From Octopus bimaculoides (lineage: Eukaryota): a stretch of 61,604 nt of DNA. The DNA lies in the NCBI RefSeq assembly GCF_001194135.2, contig NC_068985.1, positions 8,493,272-8,554,875 of the forward strand, given 5' to 3'. Position 1 is the stretch's first letter; each line of letters begins with the position of its first letter. The translations under genes were made by a program, and so were the position numbers. This document shows, in pieces, positions 48,382 to 61,179 of the stretch. The notes under the pieces were generated by a model. It saw only the letters and a list, made by a program, of their open reading frames with translations, was not told the origin of the DNA and searched no databases.

Positions 48382-48455
48382 GATAGAAAGAGAGAGAGAG
48401 AGATAAAGAGAGAGATAGAGAGAGAGAAAGAGAGAGAGAGAAAGAGAGAGAGAAA
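48060..48455. repeat. (CA)n/(TA)n/(GA)n microsatellite block
   Basis: Directly visible. Confidence 0.95.
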
Positions 48456-49109
48456 AATCCAAGTGAAATATCGGCCCTTACGCGTCCGTGTCTGAAGTAG
48501 AATTGTAATGCCGAGATGATTGATGAGAATTACTAGTCATAATGGAATCCATAATAAATGAGCCTTTAGCTAAAGGTCGACAGATAGATATAATGTTATT
48601 TCGAGAATATTTTTTGATTCTATGCCTCTTTTTTGCTGCTTTATAAAGAAAACATCGCTGATCATGCACAAATTCTAAATATCTATTTTATTCCTAAGTA
48701 TTTTATTTTTCGTAGCTGACTTGATAATACGATGATGTAATATTCGTATGCAACATCATCACCTCGTAGTTGTAGTATGTCATCGAAAAGAAAGTATAAA
48801 ATTATTTCGTAATATATAATATATTTTGTGAGAAATCATATCACAGGATGATGAAGTTCCGCTTGAATGAAATGACATGTAATAGAATTAAATCTCCACA
48901 TGGCTAAGTAGTATCTTTGATCCAGAGTTAAAAGGCTTTAAGTAGTAAACAATGACGATGTCCAGCCTCCTCTGTTTCGTTTCCACTTCAAAACGTAGCT
49001 TCATTCTTTATTATTATTAATACAGATTATCGTCTAATCTTCATTGCATATTCCAGAGGTCCTTCTCTCCTCATCTGTAAAATTAACGTCTGAAGTACAG
49101 CAATGGGGG

Positions 49110-50060
49110 AATATTGGTTTCAAATTTCAGCACAAGGCCAGCAATCTTAGAGGGAGGAGATAATCGATTATATGGACCTCAGTACTCCAGTGGTACTTAT
49201 TTTATCGACCCCGAAAAGACAAAAAGCAAAATAAAGTGTGGCAGAATTTGAACCCAGAACGTGAAGACTGACGAAGTCATAATCGGTCCCATACATTCTT
49301 CGCTTAATTATAGCTATCCCCTTCTGATATTCCAGTACGGACTCCCATTCAATTCACCATAACACCTTTAATAGACAGAACAGATTTATTTGTAAAAGGT
49401 CAATATTTAGTGAGTATAAGGCGATAAGCTGGCACAATCGCTAAGCACGCCGGAGATTAATGCTTAGCGAGATTATGTCTGAGATCAAATTCTGCCAAGA
49501 TCGACTTTACCTTTCATTCTTTCAGAGTCGATAAAATAAGTACCAGTTTTACACTGGCGTCGATGCATTAGCCCCTACCTCGAAATTGCTGGCCTTGTGC
49601 CAAAATTTGAAACCAATTCTTAGTGAGAATATGGCGGCGAGCTTGCAGAATCTTTAGCACGACGGACAAAATACTTAGCGACATTTCGTCCGTCTTTACG
49701 TCTTGAGTTCAAATTCCGCCGAGGTCGACTTTGGTGCTCATCCTTTCGAGGTCGATAAATTAAGTACCAGTCAAACACTTGGGTCCGTGTAATCCACTTG
49801 CCCACTTCCCCAAAATGTCAGGCCTTGTGCCAATTGTGGAAACGATTATTATGTAAGACTGAGGGTTGGCGCAACCGTTAGCACGCGTCACGAAATGCTT
49901 AGCGACATTTCGTTCTGAGTTCAAATTCCGCAGAGGTTGATTATGACTTTATATTCTTTCGGAGTGGATAAAATAAATACCAGTTGAACATTGGGGTCGG
50001 TATAATCGCGACTTACACTCCATCCCGGACTTACTGGACTTTTGCCAAAATTTGAGTCTA
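49110..50060. mobile_element. Cluster of four family A SINEs (49110-49280 minus; 49420-49620, 49628-49840 and 49860-50055 plus)
   Basis: Repeated GAGTTCAAATTCCGC and GTCGATAAA.TAAGTACCAG blocks. Confidence 0.88.
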
Positions 50061-50636
50061 ATATTTAGTGAGTATCATACTAAAATTTACTTTCGGTTGT
50101 CTGGTTTCAATAAACAAAAACATCAACTGTACAACAGCATTAAATAAAAGACAAAATATATTCTTTCTGTGAATTGGGCTTAACAAGTTGTAATTAATTT
50201 CGAAACTTTGTTGCTGTTTTCTTTTGTTGTAGTATTCTAGTGAATACATTATATTTTCTTTATATTTAAAAAATAATTGTCTCTAACAGGCTCAAAGTCT
50301 CAGATTTCGGTTAAGAATTTAAAAATAAACCATACCCAGTGCTTGAGTGGTTCTTTATTTTTGTCAGCTCTTAGATAAAGAAAGGAAGAATTGTCTCACG
50401 GAATAACGCAATGCATTTTGTCCGACAATCTATCAATTTTCATTAATTCGTCGACATTTTGTATTACTAGTAATAATATTATATATATATCACACTTTAT
50501 ATTCATTAATGATAATGCGAGTTTATTAATTTTAGTGACCGTTGTACAATATATGAGTCTTTCAGAAAAGTGATTAGAATATAGAAAATTCTGTGTTACA
50601 AGCAAATACCACATATTCAAACAAACACACACGCGC

Positions 50637-50674
<38 letters not shown>

Positions 50675-51656
50675 GAACGCACACATACACATACACACTC
50701 ACACACAAACACGCACGAACACACACACACACAAACACACTGATACAAATACAGACACAAATACACATACACACAAACGCACTCACACAAACACACACAC
50801 ACAAACACACACTCACACAAGCACACACTGAATATGCACGTGAACGGCTTCGATAATAAATAGCTGTTGTCAAGTTACAAATTTGAGAACATCCAAAAAT
50901 GTTTAACACCTAAATCTAAAATAAACCTATCTTATAAAATATATATACACAGATACACATCAATACAGAGACGTTTGTTGAATTAGTTCGATTATTGTTG
51001 GATGGATGAATGGATGGCTTAATTGATATCTCAGCCTTATATATAACTAACGAACTGGTGTGAAGAGCAATCAATATCATGGTTTTGTTTATTACTTGTT
51101 TCCCAACATTTAAAGGGTTAATTTTGCCTAGGTAGCACTTCATTACTTAACTCTTAATGAAGTAACATGTGAAACAAACAAAAACAAAATATCTATCGAA
51201 TCTCACTCTGCTTCCCAGTTAACCCAGCAATCGTAGCAATAAATTCTACAATTTCCTTTGCAGATGGTGATTTACACTGTCAGCTCACGTAATCTCTCTC
51301 CTTGTAAAATAACTCCTATCAATCTTATTAGCGCTGTAGCAGGAATTAAGCAAATGCTGTTATATTGAGATCCGTAAAACGCTGCGGTCAGGCGTTTATT
51401 GAAACAGCTCCGTTAAGTAGCTGACGTGAAGAAGTAATAATGTTTTACAGATAGTTCATTGCTATCAGTAATCTTCCAACTTGATGAAGCAACAGAATTT
51501 AGATGGGAACTTAAAACAACAAAGAAAGAAAGAAGCAAACTATCAAAGCCAGATAACAAATAAAGGAGAACAATTCAAGCGACCTGAGCTAATTTAAGTA
51601 TCTAGCATATTAAAGAATTTAAGTTAATTGCAAAACAAAACGCATCAAATATTAAT

Positions 51657-52083
51657 ATCTACTCTAGGCACAAGGCTCGAAATTTTTTTTTTGGGGGGGG
51701 GCGGTTTGATCGACCCCAGTACGCAACTGGTACTTAATTTATCGACCCCGAAAGGATGAAAGGCAAAGTCGACTTCGGCGGAATTTGAACTCAGAACGTA
51801 GCGGCAGACGAAATACCGCTAAGCATTTCGCCCGGCGTGCTAACATTTCTTATTTCTTTATTGCCCACAAGGGGCTGAACTTAGAGGGGACAAACAAGGA
51901 TAGACAAAGGGATTAAGTCGATTACAACGACCCCAGTGAGTAACTGGTACTTGATTTATCGACCCCGAAAGGATGAAAGACAAGGTTGATCTCGGCTGAA
52001 CTCAGAACGTAACGGCAGACGAAATACCGCTAAGCTTTTCGCCCACCGTGCTAACATTTCTGCCAGCTCGCAGCCTTAACACA
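51657..52083 (-). mobile_element. Family A SINE dimer (two different tails) inside one 14-bp TSD
   Basis: CATCAAATATTAAT at 51643-51656 and 52084-52097. Confidence 0.9.
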
Positions 52084-52534
52084 CATCAAATATTAATTTC
52101 AATCTATTATTATGTCTTTGTTTTGTAATTGTTTCAGTCACAAGACAGCGACCAAGCTGGGGCACCACCTTGAACAATTTTAGCCGAATGAACTGACCCC
52201 GGTATCTTCTGTTGCGTGCAATTTGAATTTTCTGTTATGTATGCAATATAACGTTTGTGCTTAGTGGCGTTGTTTTCTGCCTGTTGCCTATATTTGCAAA
52301 TCCTGGTGTTTATCAACGGAGGAGTTATGTAAAAGCAGATATTGAAAAAATGTCAAACTAAATTATGACGAAAAACTGGATGTGAATGTATAAAATATTT
52401 TTCTATTTACGCAGTTAAGGAACAAACCAAAACTTCTGTGCAAGCCTAAGTCTCCTTCCCAACATATATTTTGGTTCTTTGTCAACTGAAACAATGGTGG
52501 CATTGAGTTTTGGGTTCACCATTATCAAGCATCG

Positions 52535-53885
52535 TCCTCCTCCCCCTCCTCTCCTCCGCCTCTCTTTCTTCTTTTTGTCCTTTCCCTTCATCCAACTATT
52601 TCTTCCTCTTCCACTTCCTCCTCTTCTTCTACTCCTCCTCCTCCCTTTCTCCACCGACTCTTCCACCCCTTCTTCTTCTTCTACTCCTCCTCTTCCTCTT
52701 CCTCCACTTCTTCTACTCCTCCTCCTCCCTTTCTCCACCGACTCTTCCACCCCTTCTTCTTCTTCTACTCCTCCTCTTCCTCTTCCTCCNNNNNNNNNNN
52801 NNNNNNNNNNNNNNNNNNNNNNNNNNNNNNNNNNNNNNNNNNNNNNNNNNNNNNNNNNNNNNNNNNNNNNNNNNNNNNNNNNNNNNNNNNNNNNNNNNNN
52901 NNNNNNNNNNNNNNNNNNNNNNNNNNNNNNNNNNNNNNNNNNNNNNNNNNNNNNNNNNNNNNNNNNNNNNNNNNNNNNNNNNNNNNNNNNNNNNNNNNNN
53001 NNNNNNNNNNNNNNNNNNNNNNNNNNNNNNNNNNNNNNNNNNNNNNNNNNNNNNNNNNNNNNNNNNNNNNNNNNNNNNNNNNNNNNNNNNNNNNNNNNNN
53101 NNNNNNNNNNNNNNNNNNNNNNNNNNNNNNNNNNNNNNNNNNNNNNNNNNNNNNNNNNNNNNNNNNNNNNNNNNNNNNNNNNNNNNNNNNNNNNNNNNNN
53201 NNNNNNNNNNNNNNNNNNNNNNNNNNNNNNNNNNNNNNNNNNNNNNNNNNNNNNNNNNNNNNNNNNNNNNNCTTCTTCTTCTTCTACTCCTCCACTTCCT
53301 CTTCCTCCTCTTCTTCTACTCCTCCTCTTCTTCTACTCCTCCTCCTCCCTTTCTCCACCGACTCTTCCACCCCTTCTTCTTCTTCTTCTTCTTCTTCTTC
53401 TTCTTCTTCTTCTTCTTCCTATTCTTCTTCTTCTTCTTCTTCTTCTTCTTTTTCTTCTTCATCTTCTTCTTCTTCTTCTTCTTCTTCTTCTTCTTCTCTT
53501 CTTCTGCTTTCTCTTCTTCTTTCTCTCCTTCTTCTCTTCTGCTTTTTCTTCTTCTTTCTTATCTTCCAACTCCTATTCTTCCACTTCCTCCCTTCTTTTT
53601 CTCCACCTCCTCCTCCCCTTCCTCGTTCCCTCCATCTTCCTTTTCTACTCCACTTCCTCTCTTCGTCCTTCATCTCTTCCTCATCCCCCACATCCTCTTC
53701 CAATTCCTCCTCCTCCAATTCCTCCTCCTCCAATTCCTCCTCCTCCAATTCCTCCTCCTCCAATTCCACCTCCAATTCCTCCTCCTCCAATTCCACCTCC
53801 AATTCCTCCTCCACCATTTCCTCCTCCTCCAATTCCCCATCCAACTCCTCCTCCTCCCCCTCTTCTTCCTTTTCTTTTTCTTTAC
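52535..53885 (+). repeat. Polypyrimidine tract with 84-bp and 15-bp higher-order units, spanning a gap
   Basis: CCCTTTCTCCACCGACTC at 52643 and 52727 and again after the gap; (CCAATTCCTCCTCCT)-like units at 53700-53835. Confidence 0.92.
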
Positions 53886-54349
53886 CTGTCCCACAGTACT
53901 TTAAGACAGTATTTCAATATTCATAGACTATAAGTGTCTGGGCACAACCGCTTACTTAGTGACCACGGCTAACTAACTATATGCGATATAAATTAGTTGT
54001 GGAGAAGGTTCCCAGCTAGTACACTCTTGTTTTTCTTATAGCTTGGATTTATGAGGTGGTTGTATTTTGAAGAAAAGACAGAGCTATCGTGATGATAACA
54101 ATCATTTAGAACTACGATGGCAGGTCGGTTATCATGGACAGGAATAGCAGTCTATGCGGTATATTGAAACTGGTGACGGTCCGTGCTTCAACGGTGGGAG
54201 AACGATCATATGTCGTAAGTTTGGACTGACATAAACCTGCCGAATAAGTAACAAGGAAAGATATCACCGTTGTTTGGGGCTTTAGTGTTCAAACTAATTT
54301 AGCTACTCAGGCTAATAGATAAGTTATTATGATAAAAGAAATTTACATA

Positions 54350-54460
54350 GGCGCAGAAATGAATGTGTGGTAAGAAGCTTGCTTCCCAACCACATGGTTC
54401 CGCATTTAGTTCCACTGCGTGACACCTTGTGCAGGTGTCTTCAACTATAGCCGCGGGCCG
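54350..54460 (+). mobile_element. SINE family B 5' half
   Basis: GGCGCAG...GTGTGGTAAGAAGCTTGCTTCCCAACCACATGGTTCC...ACTATAGCCGCGGGCCG, ending abruptly. Confidence 0.85.
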
Positions 54461-54890
54461 GAGAAAGAATTTGATAAGCTCAGAAAATATAGAGATTTAC
54501 AAATTGAAATCGAAAAGATGTGGCATCTCAAGACGATTACAATACCAGTGATTGTAGGAGCACTTGGAATGATCAAAAAAGGAACTGAAAATTATTTAAG
54601 AATGACCACTGGCTTACCATCCATACAGGAAGTGCAAAAGATTTCCCTAAATGGTATGTCACATGTGCTGAGAAGAGCATTGTTGCTGCGAATTTGCTTT
54701 CCTTTTTCTTTCTGTCATTCTTTCCTTTTATCTCTATCACATGACTTTGTTCATGAACAATCTGGTGTGTTTTATTTTAATGGCCTAAAAATGTATACAG
54801 TGCGTCTCTCTGCCCCAGGCTGTCGGGAAGACACTCGGCAAGAAATGGAAACAAAATTGAAAGAAGGTAATAATGAAAATAATAATAATA
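54461..54890 (+). mobile_element. R4/Dong-type element 3' end with UTR and short AAT tail
   Basis: EKEFDKLRKYRDLQIEIEKMWHLKTITIPVIVGALGMIKKGTENYL...VLRRAL. Confidence 0.9.
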
Positions 54891-55369
54891 TATTTTTCCG
54901 TTAGATTTAGAATAAGGTAAACGCTTTGTTTAAATCTTAAATTTCTAAAATGTACGCTTTATTCCTTCATAAACAGTCATATGGAAATCAGCACTTTAAA
55001 ACACCCAGACTGCTACCATGCTGAACCTATTATCAAAAGCATTTCCTCTCTCTTTCTCAGTCCCTTTGTCTTTTCACCCCCACCTCTCTCTCTCTGACTT
55101 TCTTCAATACTTGTGAAGGTTACTTGTTGACATCGTAAAAATCCTCAGCCGAAACCACACAGTCACAAACCAATTCAGACAGTAAGCTAGTCTTTCGTTA
55201 GATTCAGATTAAGCTAAACGTTTCTCTTTCTTTCCTTGCTTAAATCTTAAACTTCTAAAACGTACACTTTATTCATTCATAAACAGTCATATGAGATATC
55301 AGCTCTTTTATAACACCCAGGATATTTCACTTCTTCCTCGAACCCCACCCCCAACCACCCACTATCCAA

Positions 55370-55640
55370 ATAACAACTCATTTGTCAGTCATTCGCCCGC
55401 TGCGAAGCACTGAATACTGGGTTTAGTGTCCAGCACAGGATAGCCCCCTGAAACTTCTCGGGGAAGAAGGGCCACTTTGATCTACACTTAGAGGAGTACC
55501 ATCCACTCTTGCCATTTTCGCAACCTTTACCCATCATTCAATAAACTCACTCAAGGATAGCACTTCCCTCTCCACTCTCGATTTCCTTTTCAAGTGAAAC
55601 TTGAAGAAGTGAATGAGAGCTCTACCAAAAAGGAATGCAT
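55370..55640 (-). mobile_element. Tx1/L1-type LINE ORF2 C-terminus and 3' UTR
   Basis: AFLFGRALIHFFKFHLKRKSRVEREVLSLSEFIE*WVKVAKMARVDG; clade call from overall resemblance only. Confidence 0.55.
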
Positions 55641-57199
55641 CTGTCCTCATACCTTTCAGCCTTACAGTCATAAAACCTAAAATGGACCGGGAAGGTTGTT
55701 AGTCAATTACATTGATGTAGTTTCCGGCTGGTATTTATTTTATTGACCCCGAAAATATGAAAGGCAAAATCGATTAGATTTAAAGCAGTGAGTACTGACC
55801 TTAGTCACTACTTCAAGCCATGACAAGCATTTCTAACACAAATCTTAATTTCAGCTAGAATTCATGGTATGGGAACCTGTCCAGAATTTACAATTGCAGT
55901 CGTATAATCTGTGAAATTGTTATTTAAACTTGACACCTTAAAGTAATTGGCAGAGAAAGTGTAATTTACTTTGGCGAGAATAAAAAGCAATATACTAGCC
56001 AGAAAGGATGTGACATGCTGTTTTGGTGGGGAAATCATAAACCTCAGGTAGACAAGCTTCTTATGAAAAGAACACCAGGAATCTGTCTACAAAAGATTAA
56101 AAGAATTGTACATAAATAGAATATTTAATACATTCTCATCCAGATTTTCTTCATAATTTAATTTGCAATTCTTTCGATATCTTCTGTTATATCATATCCG
56201 TCATCAAATTTTTCTGTTGAGAATATTACCAAATAACTTATTACTAAGGCAAGTATATTTAGCATTTAGAAGAATGGTTTGTATTAATTTCTTACTTGAA
56301 TATATCTTCATATTTTTTCTTTGGCTAATGCAAACACACCCACACAAACGCATATGCAAGTTGTCACATGACTACTCACGCAAGCACGTACAAACATACA
56401 CGCACACAAGACTCTTTTTACTCTCATCCTTACGATTCTCTTCAAAGAAAACACACATCTACGTACACACATACAGCATGCATACACAAAGGCAAAGATC
56501 AGTTCTCGGACAAAGATCAGTTCTCAGAGTAAAACTTGAACAGAGAGGAGAAGTCATTGAAGAGATCGCAAATAGCGATCGCAAATAGGACTTTGACTAA
56601 CAATCAGCCGATTCATTGTTTAAGCTGTACATTAAACAAACGATCGATTAGTTAGTTGATTGGATATTTAACCAATTGACTGACAACAAAGAAGTGGAAC
56701 TAGACCAGTGCGTGCGCTGTTATTATTGGCATAATGAGCCTCCTAAAGTTTGCTGCAAATCACGAATTCACCTCAAGTACTTTGCAAACCAAATACAAAA
56801 ACGAACTTATTTATATGTTATTCTGTGTCTAGTTAATTAATTTCCAAGTCTTTCTCTTCAGTTTGTTTGAAGTTTATATACTTATTATATTTCCGTTTCT
56901 GTATTTAATACTGTTTTTTTTATGAATGTCCTTCCCTTCAAGGTTCACTTGGTACATTTTTACCAAACCACGTTTCATACTAATTAACTTAACGAGTTTG
57001 TGTACCTTATTTGAGTGTCGTCAGTTGCTTCTCATCTCAGTTGTTTGTCATCTCAGTATACTGCTTTAAGAAATCCATATACAGGAGATATTTGATGTTG
57101 TTTCATACAGCATCTATGCACATGATGTCTGGTTAAGCATAATGGTTCAAATTCCAAGCACCAAATACAAAAAAGAAAAGACAGAGCAAATCATATTTA

Positions 57200-57200
<1 letters not shown>

Positions 57201-57283
<83 letters not shown>
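57201..57283. repeat. (TTA)n array
   Basis: Directly visible. Confidence 0.97.
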
Positions 57284-57286
<3 letters not shown>

Positions 57287-57706
57287 TAGTTTCATATTTA
57301 TAACGTGCTTTCACTTCACTACTGAGCACAGCTCTGTGTGCCTTGGGTATGTGCTGTGGTTTGCTGTGAAGCTCTTATGGTCACTGTATTGAAAGTGTTT
57401 TGCGTAGGATGTGTGCAGTGCCCAGTAGTGCAATTTTCTATATGTTATATATACTTGTAAGTCCTGGTGTTTTTGTTATGTATTTGTCTGAATATCTTTT
57501 TATCATACCTAAGGCGCCTACTATGATAGGAATTGTTTCTGTTTTTAGATTCCACATTCGAGTAACCTCTATTTCCAGGTCTTTGTATTTTGAAAGTTTC
57601 TCCATTTGTTTTAGGGAGATATTGTCATATGCTGGTATTGATGCATCAATTACAAAGCATTTTTTTCTTCATGATCTCAGACAACTATATCTGGCCTATT
57701 GGCCTT
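57284..57706 (-). mobile_element. R4/Dong-type element 3' end with RLE nuclease motif
   Basis: ANRPDIVV*DHEEKK...IDASIP...EKLSKYKDLEIEVTRMWNLKTETIPIIVGALG...KIALLGTAHILRKTL. Confidence 0.92.
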
Positions 57707-57724
57707 AATATATATATATATATA

Positions 57725-58284
57725 TTATTGAATGAGAGAGCACTGCATGCCATCAAAGTGACACTGGGGTAAAATATACGAAGCCCATTATACCCATCAT
57801 GACTACCTGTCTGGTAAGGGTACACCAGGCACATGCATCACAACCATATGTGCACGACATGGTGATTTTCTATCAAGATAAACAGCGCATGACCTCGCAG
57901 ATGGGGCCTGGTTAAAATTTTCTTCAGGTCGAGTAGCCCATTCCGCTCAAAAGGTCCCTGAATAAGGTTTGTTTAAGGATGTTGAGCAACACACTTATGT
58001 TTCCAAAGGTGAATTATTCAAACCCCAAACAATTACTCTCAACACATGGCTATAATGATGCACCTCTACTTCTGCTCGTGATCAGAGATGCACATATCGT
58101 CAGCCACCAAGGGACATGCTCAACTGGTTAATGTCAAACAGCTGACAAGCAAATCTGTGGTATTAAGCAGAATATTTGCTGTATCCCATCTTTTATACCA
58201 AGACAAAACAATGTACATGATAACACTTCCAATCAATTAAGATCAGAAGTCACGAGAGCCACTACCTGGTACTGCATCCGGGCA

Positions 58285-58287
<3 letters not shown>
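57725..58287 (-). mobile_element. About 560-bp non-coding element bounded by AAT repeats
   Basis: Complex sequence with sharp boundaries: TGCCCGGATGCAGTACC at the 58287 side after (AAT)n, and CTCTCATTCAATAAT at the 57725 side. Single copy in this window. Confidence 0.55.

Positions 58288-58369
<82 letters not shown>
58288..58369. repeat. (ATT)n array
   Basis: Directly visible. Confidence 0.97.
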
Positions 58370-60109
58370 TGATGAAAACTCACAGCTTATTTTGCTGGGT
58401 CTGACGGAAAGAGTCAGCCATCCAAAGCCAGCAGACTAAGGCGTCATGCTTCAAAAACCCTGTGAAGAATTCTTACAGTTCCAAACAATGCTAATTCTTT
58501 TTGGTCTTTTACGTTCACACTTGCGCCATATTAACTAACAGAATATACGCTTTCCTTGAACAAAGATCTATCCTTCCACAAGCTTTAAAATGTTGTAAGT
58601 ATTCCTTTAAGAACATTTCCTCTTAGTGTATCTCAATGCTGGCGTAATTAGCGTTGTATGAAAGCTCAACCTCTGCCCTGTCCTATAATGTACCCTCCTT
58701 TGGCTAAGACCAGGCAACCAGTCTATGTGTGTGCGTATTTGCACATGTGAATTAACATCCTTCTGCTCTGTCTTCAATAGACGCCATACATTTATGGTTT
58801 TAAATGCAATGTAAGCTTTGATATATTAAACAGTAGGTAACCAAGAGTAAAGTTAACCATTAAATTTTCATGGTCTTTTAATATCAGAACAACCCTTCGG
58901 TTGTCTCTCAACTACGCGTAGACATGTTACGATTTCTATCAATAAAGTGCAAACATTATTAAAATCAACCTTCCGATTCAGAATAAACAAGCAACTATGT
59001 TATGTTTACTTCTTAAATATTACTTCAGTGATTTGGCAATTGGCGACAGCAAGATAATAAATTAATCATACAACTGAACGCTACTTCCCCCCCCCCCCCA
59101 AAAAAAAACTTTAGTGGGAAAACGTCGTATTTATCGAAACATAAATGTCTGCCGAGAATAATGAGTACGCTAACAAGGTTAGCCTCAGCCGTTCTTCTAT
59201 GTGTATCTCCTTCGCAGTTTTAGCAAGTCGATAGGCTAATGTATGCATTTTACCTCCGTCGATTAACAAACAGTAAATAATATGAAACGTGCATGGAATG
59301 GAATTATTTGGTAACAGCTCCAGAAATATAAAGTCGATATATTAATAAATAATAAGTTCCGAAAATATAGCGTCAATATATTAATAAATTAATCTCTGTT
59401 TTATTCACAAGAATGTCAAATGCGACTGGTAACTTCTCCGAATAGATCGTCGTCTGTTTGATTTTGAGCTAGAAATATTAGGGAAAGAAAGGATATAAGC
59501 GAGAACGAGAGAGGGAGGAGAGAGCGTGAGAGAGAGATGGATAGAGAGTAAGAGAGGGAGAGAGGGAGAAAGAGAGATGGAGAGAGAGAAAGTGAAAAAC
59601 GGAGAGAGAGATTGTTTGAAAAATGCTTCACTGCCTTAGAATATTTATGCATGTAAATATGAATGGATGCAGCATCATTTTAAAATTATTTGAACTACAC
59701 TTATAAAGGAGTCGCTCCTTCTTCATATATTATATATCTGTATATATATATATATATATATAAACAATATCGCTAGGATAAGAGAACAAGAACACTAAAT
59801 GACTCACATGTAAACCTAAAAAATATTGCATATTTTTTCTTTTCTATCGGATTTGTATGGTATGTGTTAGCTCCTCCCATACTTAGCTTCAAAAAGCACT
59901 TCTTTTTGGGATTATCACGCAAAATATTTACTAATATAGACAAGCGCCAGAATAGTTCAAAGTAGAAATGTGAATTTATAATCTGGAGAAAGGAGATCTG
60001 AGTATCGAAAGAGCTATTCGTAAATATCTTCCTTCTAATGGATTTTGAAAGGAACGTTGGTCATTGCGTTTCAGCTATTGTCTGTGATATTTTATTTTTA
60101 ATCCTTCAG

Positions 60110-60260
60110 ATGTGTCAGTCAGGGGACGGCATCCATTATTGAGCACCGCCTTGAAGAATGAAACGACCCTAGTGGATACTTTTTTCTCTTAAGTCTGGAA
60201 CTTATTCGATCGGTCAGTTTCGCAGAACCGTTAGTAACGGAGACATGCATGCAACAATGC
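60110..60260 (-). mobile_element. Family B-like SINE tail, diverged
   Basis: Minus strand CTAACGGTTCTGCGAAACTGACCGATCGAATAAG...CAAGGCGGTGCTC. Confidence 0.6.
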
Positions 60261-60682
60261 CGTTTTCCCACTAAACTCACCTGATTAGGGCAGCGAGGAC
60301 TGAGCTGGCCTTCACCCAGGAAAGAGTTCCACGTGTGCTCTCTTATCAACCATCTTAAACTAGTTTCAGCTACCGTGCTTATTTCCTTGATGTCTTTCTT
60401 AAGTTATCTGCTTTCCAAATCTTCTGTACAAAATAGAGTGTTGATCATGATGGAAAGCCCCGGCAGTCGACTTTAATGGAGAATGATGGTAAATGAGGTC
60501 TCATGCCCCTTGACAAAGGTCTCATCTACTAAGTATTGCATTTTTTTTTATCTGATGGGAACTATGAAATCTGTTCTCGCAAGACACCGTGCGTCCAACC
60601 CCGATGACGGTCTTTGTATTCCTGGAGAACAGGGACATGTCTATACGGAGTGATGTTACCACTATCTCTTCTGAGGAGATAA

Positions 60683-60778
60683 GACTTACAAAGAATAAGT
60701 CCTGGGGTCGATTTGTTCGACTAAAGGCGGTGCTCCAGCATGGCCGCAGTCGAAAGACTGAAACAAATAAAAGAATAA
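60683..60778 (+). mobile_element. SINE family B 3' tail only
   Basis: CTTACAAAGAATAAGTCCTGGGGTCGATTTG...GGCGGTGCTCCAGCATGGCCGC. Confidence 0.85.
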
Positions 60779-61179
60779 CAATATTGTTTATAAACGTTTC
60801 CCCATCGTGCCCCTAATTAATTATCCCTGTAATAGTATCTTAATTTTCTTCGTGTCCGTCCCCTTTAACTGGTAATTAATATCATGATTTAAAGTCTACA
60901 CCCAACCTGCCTTTTTTTAATGACAGTTACTTATATCAAATTGACTCTTCCTAATGTCTTATTTCCTTTCTCTTAGGGACACCTATGATAATATTTATGG
61001 CCATATTTAGCCATGAGCTGTCAACTCACTCTTGTTATTTGTTTAAAATAGACACAGTCTTCTAGTCTCAGATTTAACAGATAAAGAGATGAATAAATTA
61101 GAACTGGGTTACATATAACTTGATAGCTTTGATACATTTCGGCCAGTATAGGCCCAGGACATGTCTAACTTAATAACAC

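Larger units (their letters stand above)
10304..53271. other. Assembly gaps at 10304-10610, 17466-17475, 22026-22539, 23190-23212, 32981-33512, 36176-36434, 45172-46129 and 52790-53271
   Basis: N runs, mostly abutting microsatellites. Confidence 0.99.

Noticed and set aside
52479-53933. 484-aa and 464-aa proline/leucine-rich ORFs resembling formin or extensin
   Set aside because: Pure pyrimidine repeat spanning an N gap; no flanking domain or splice evidence.
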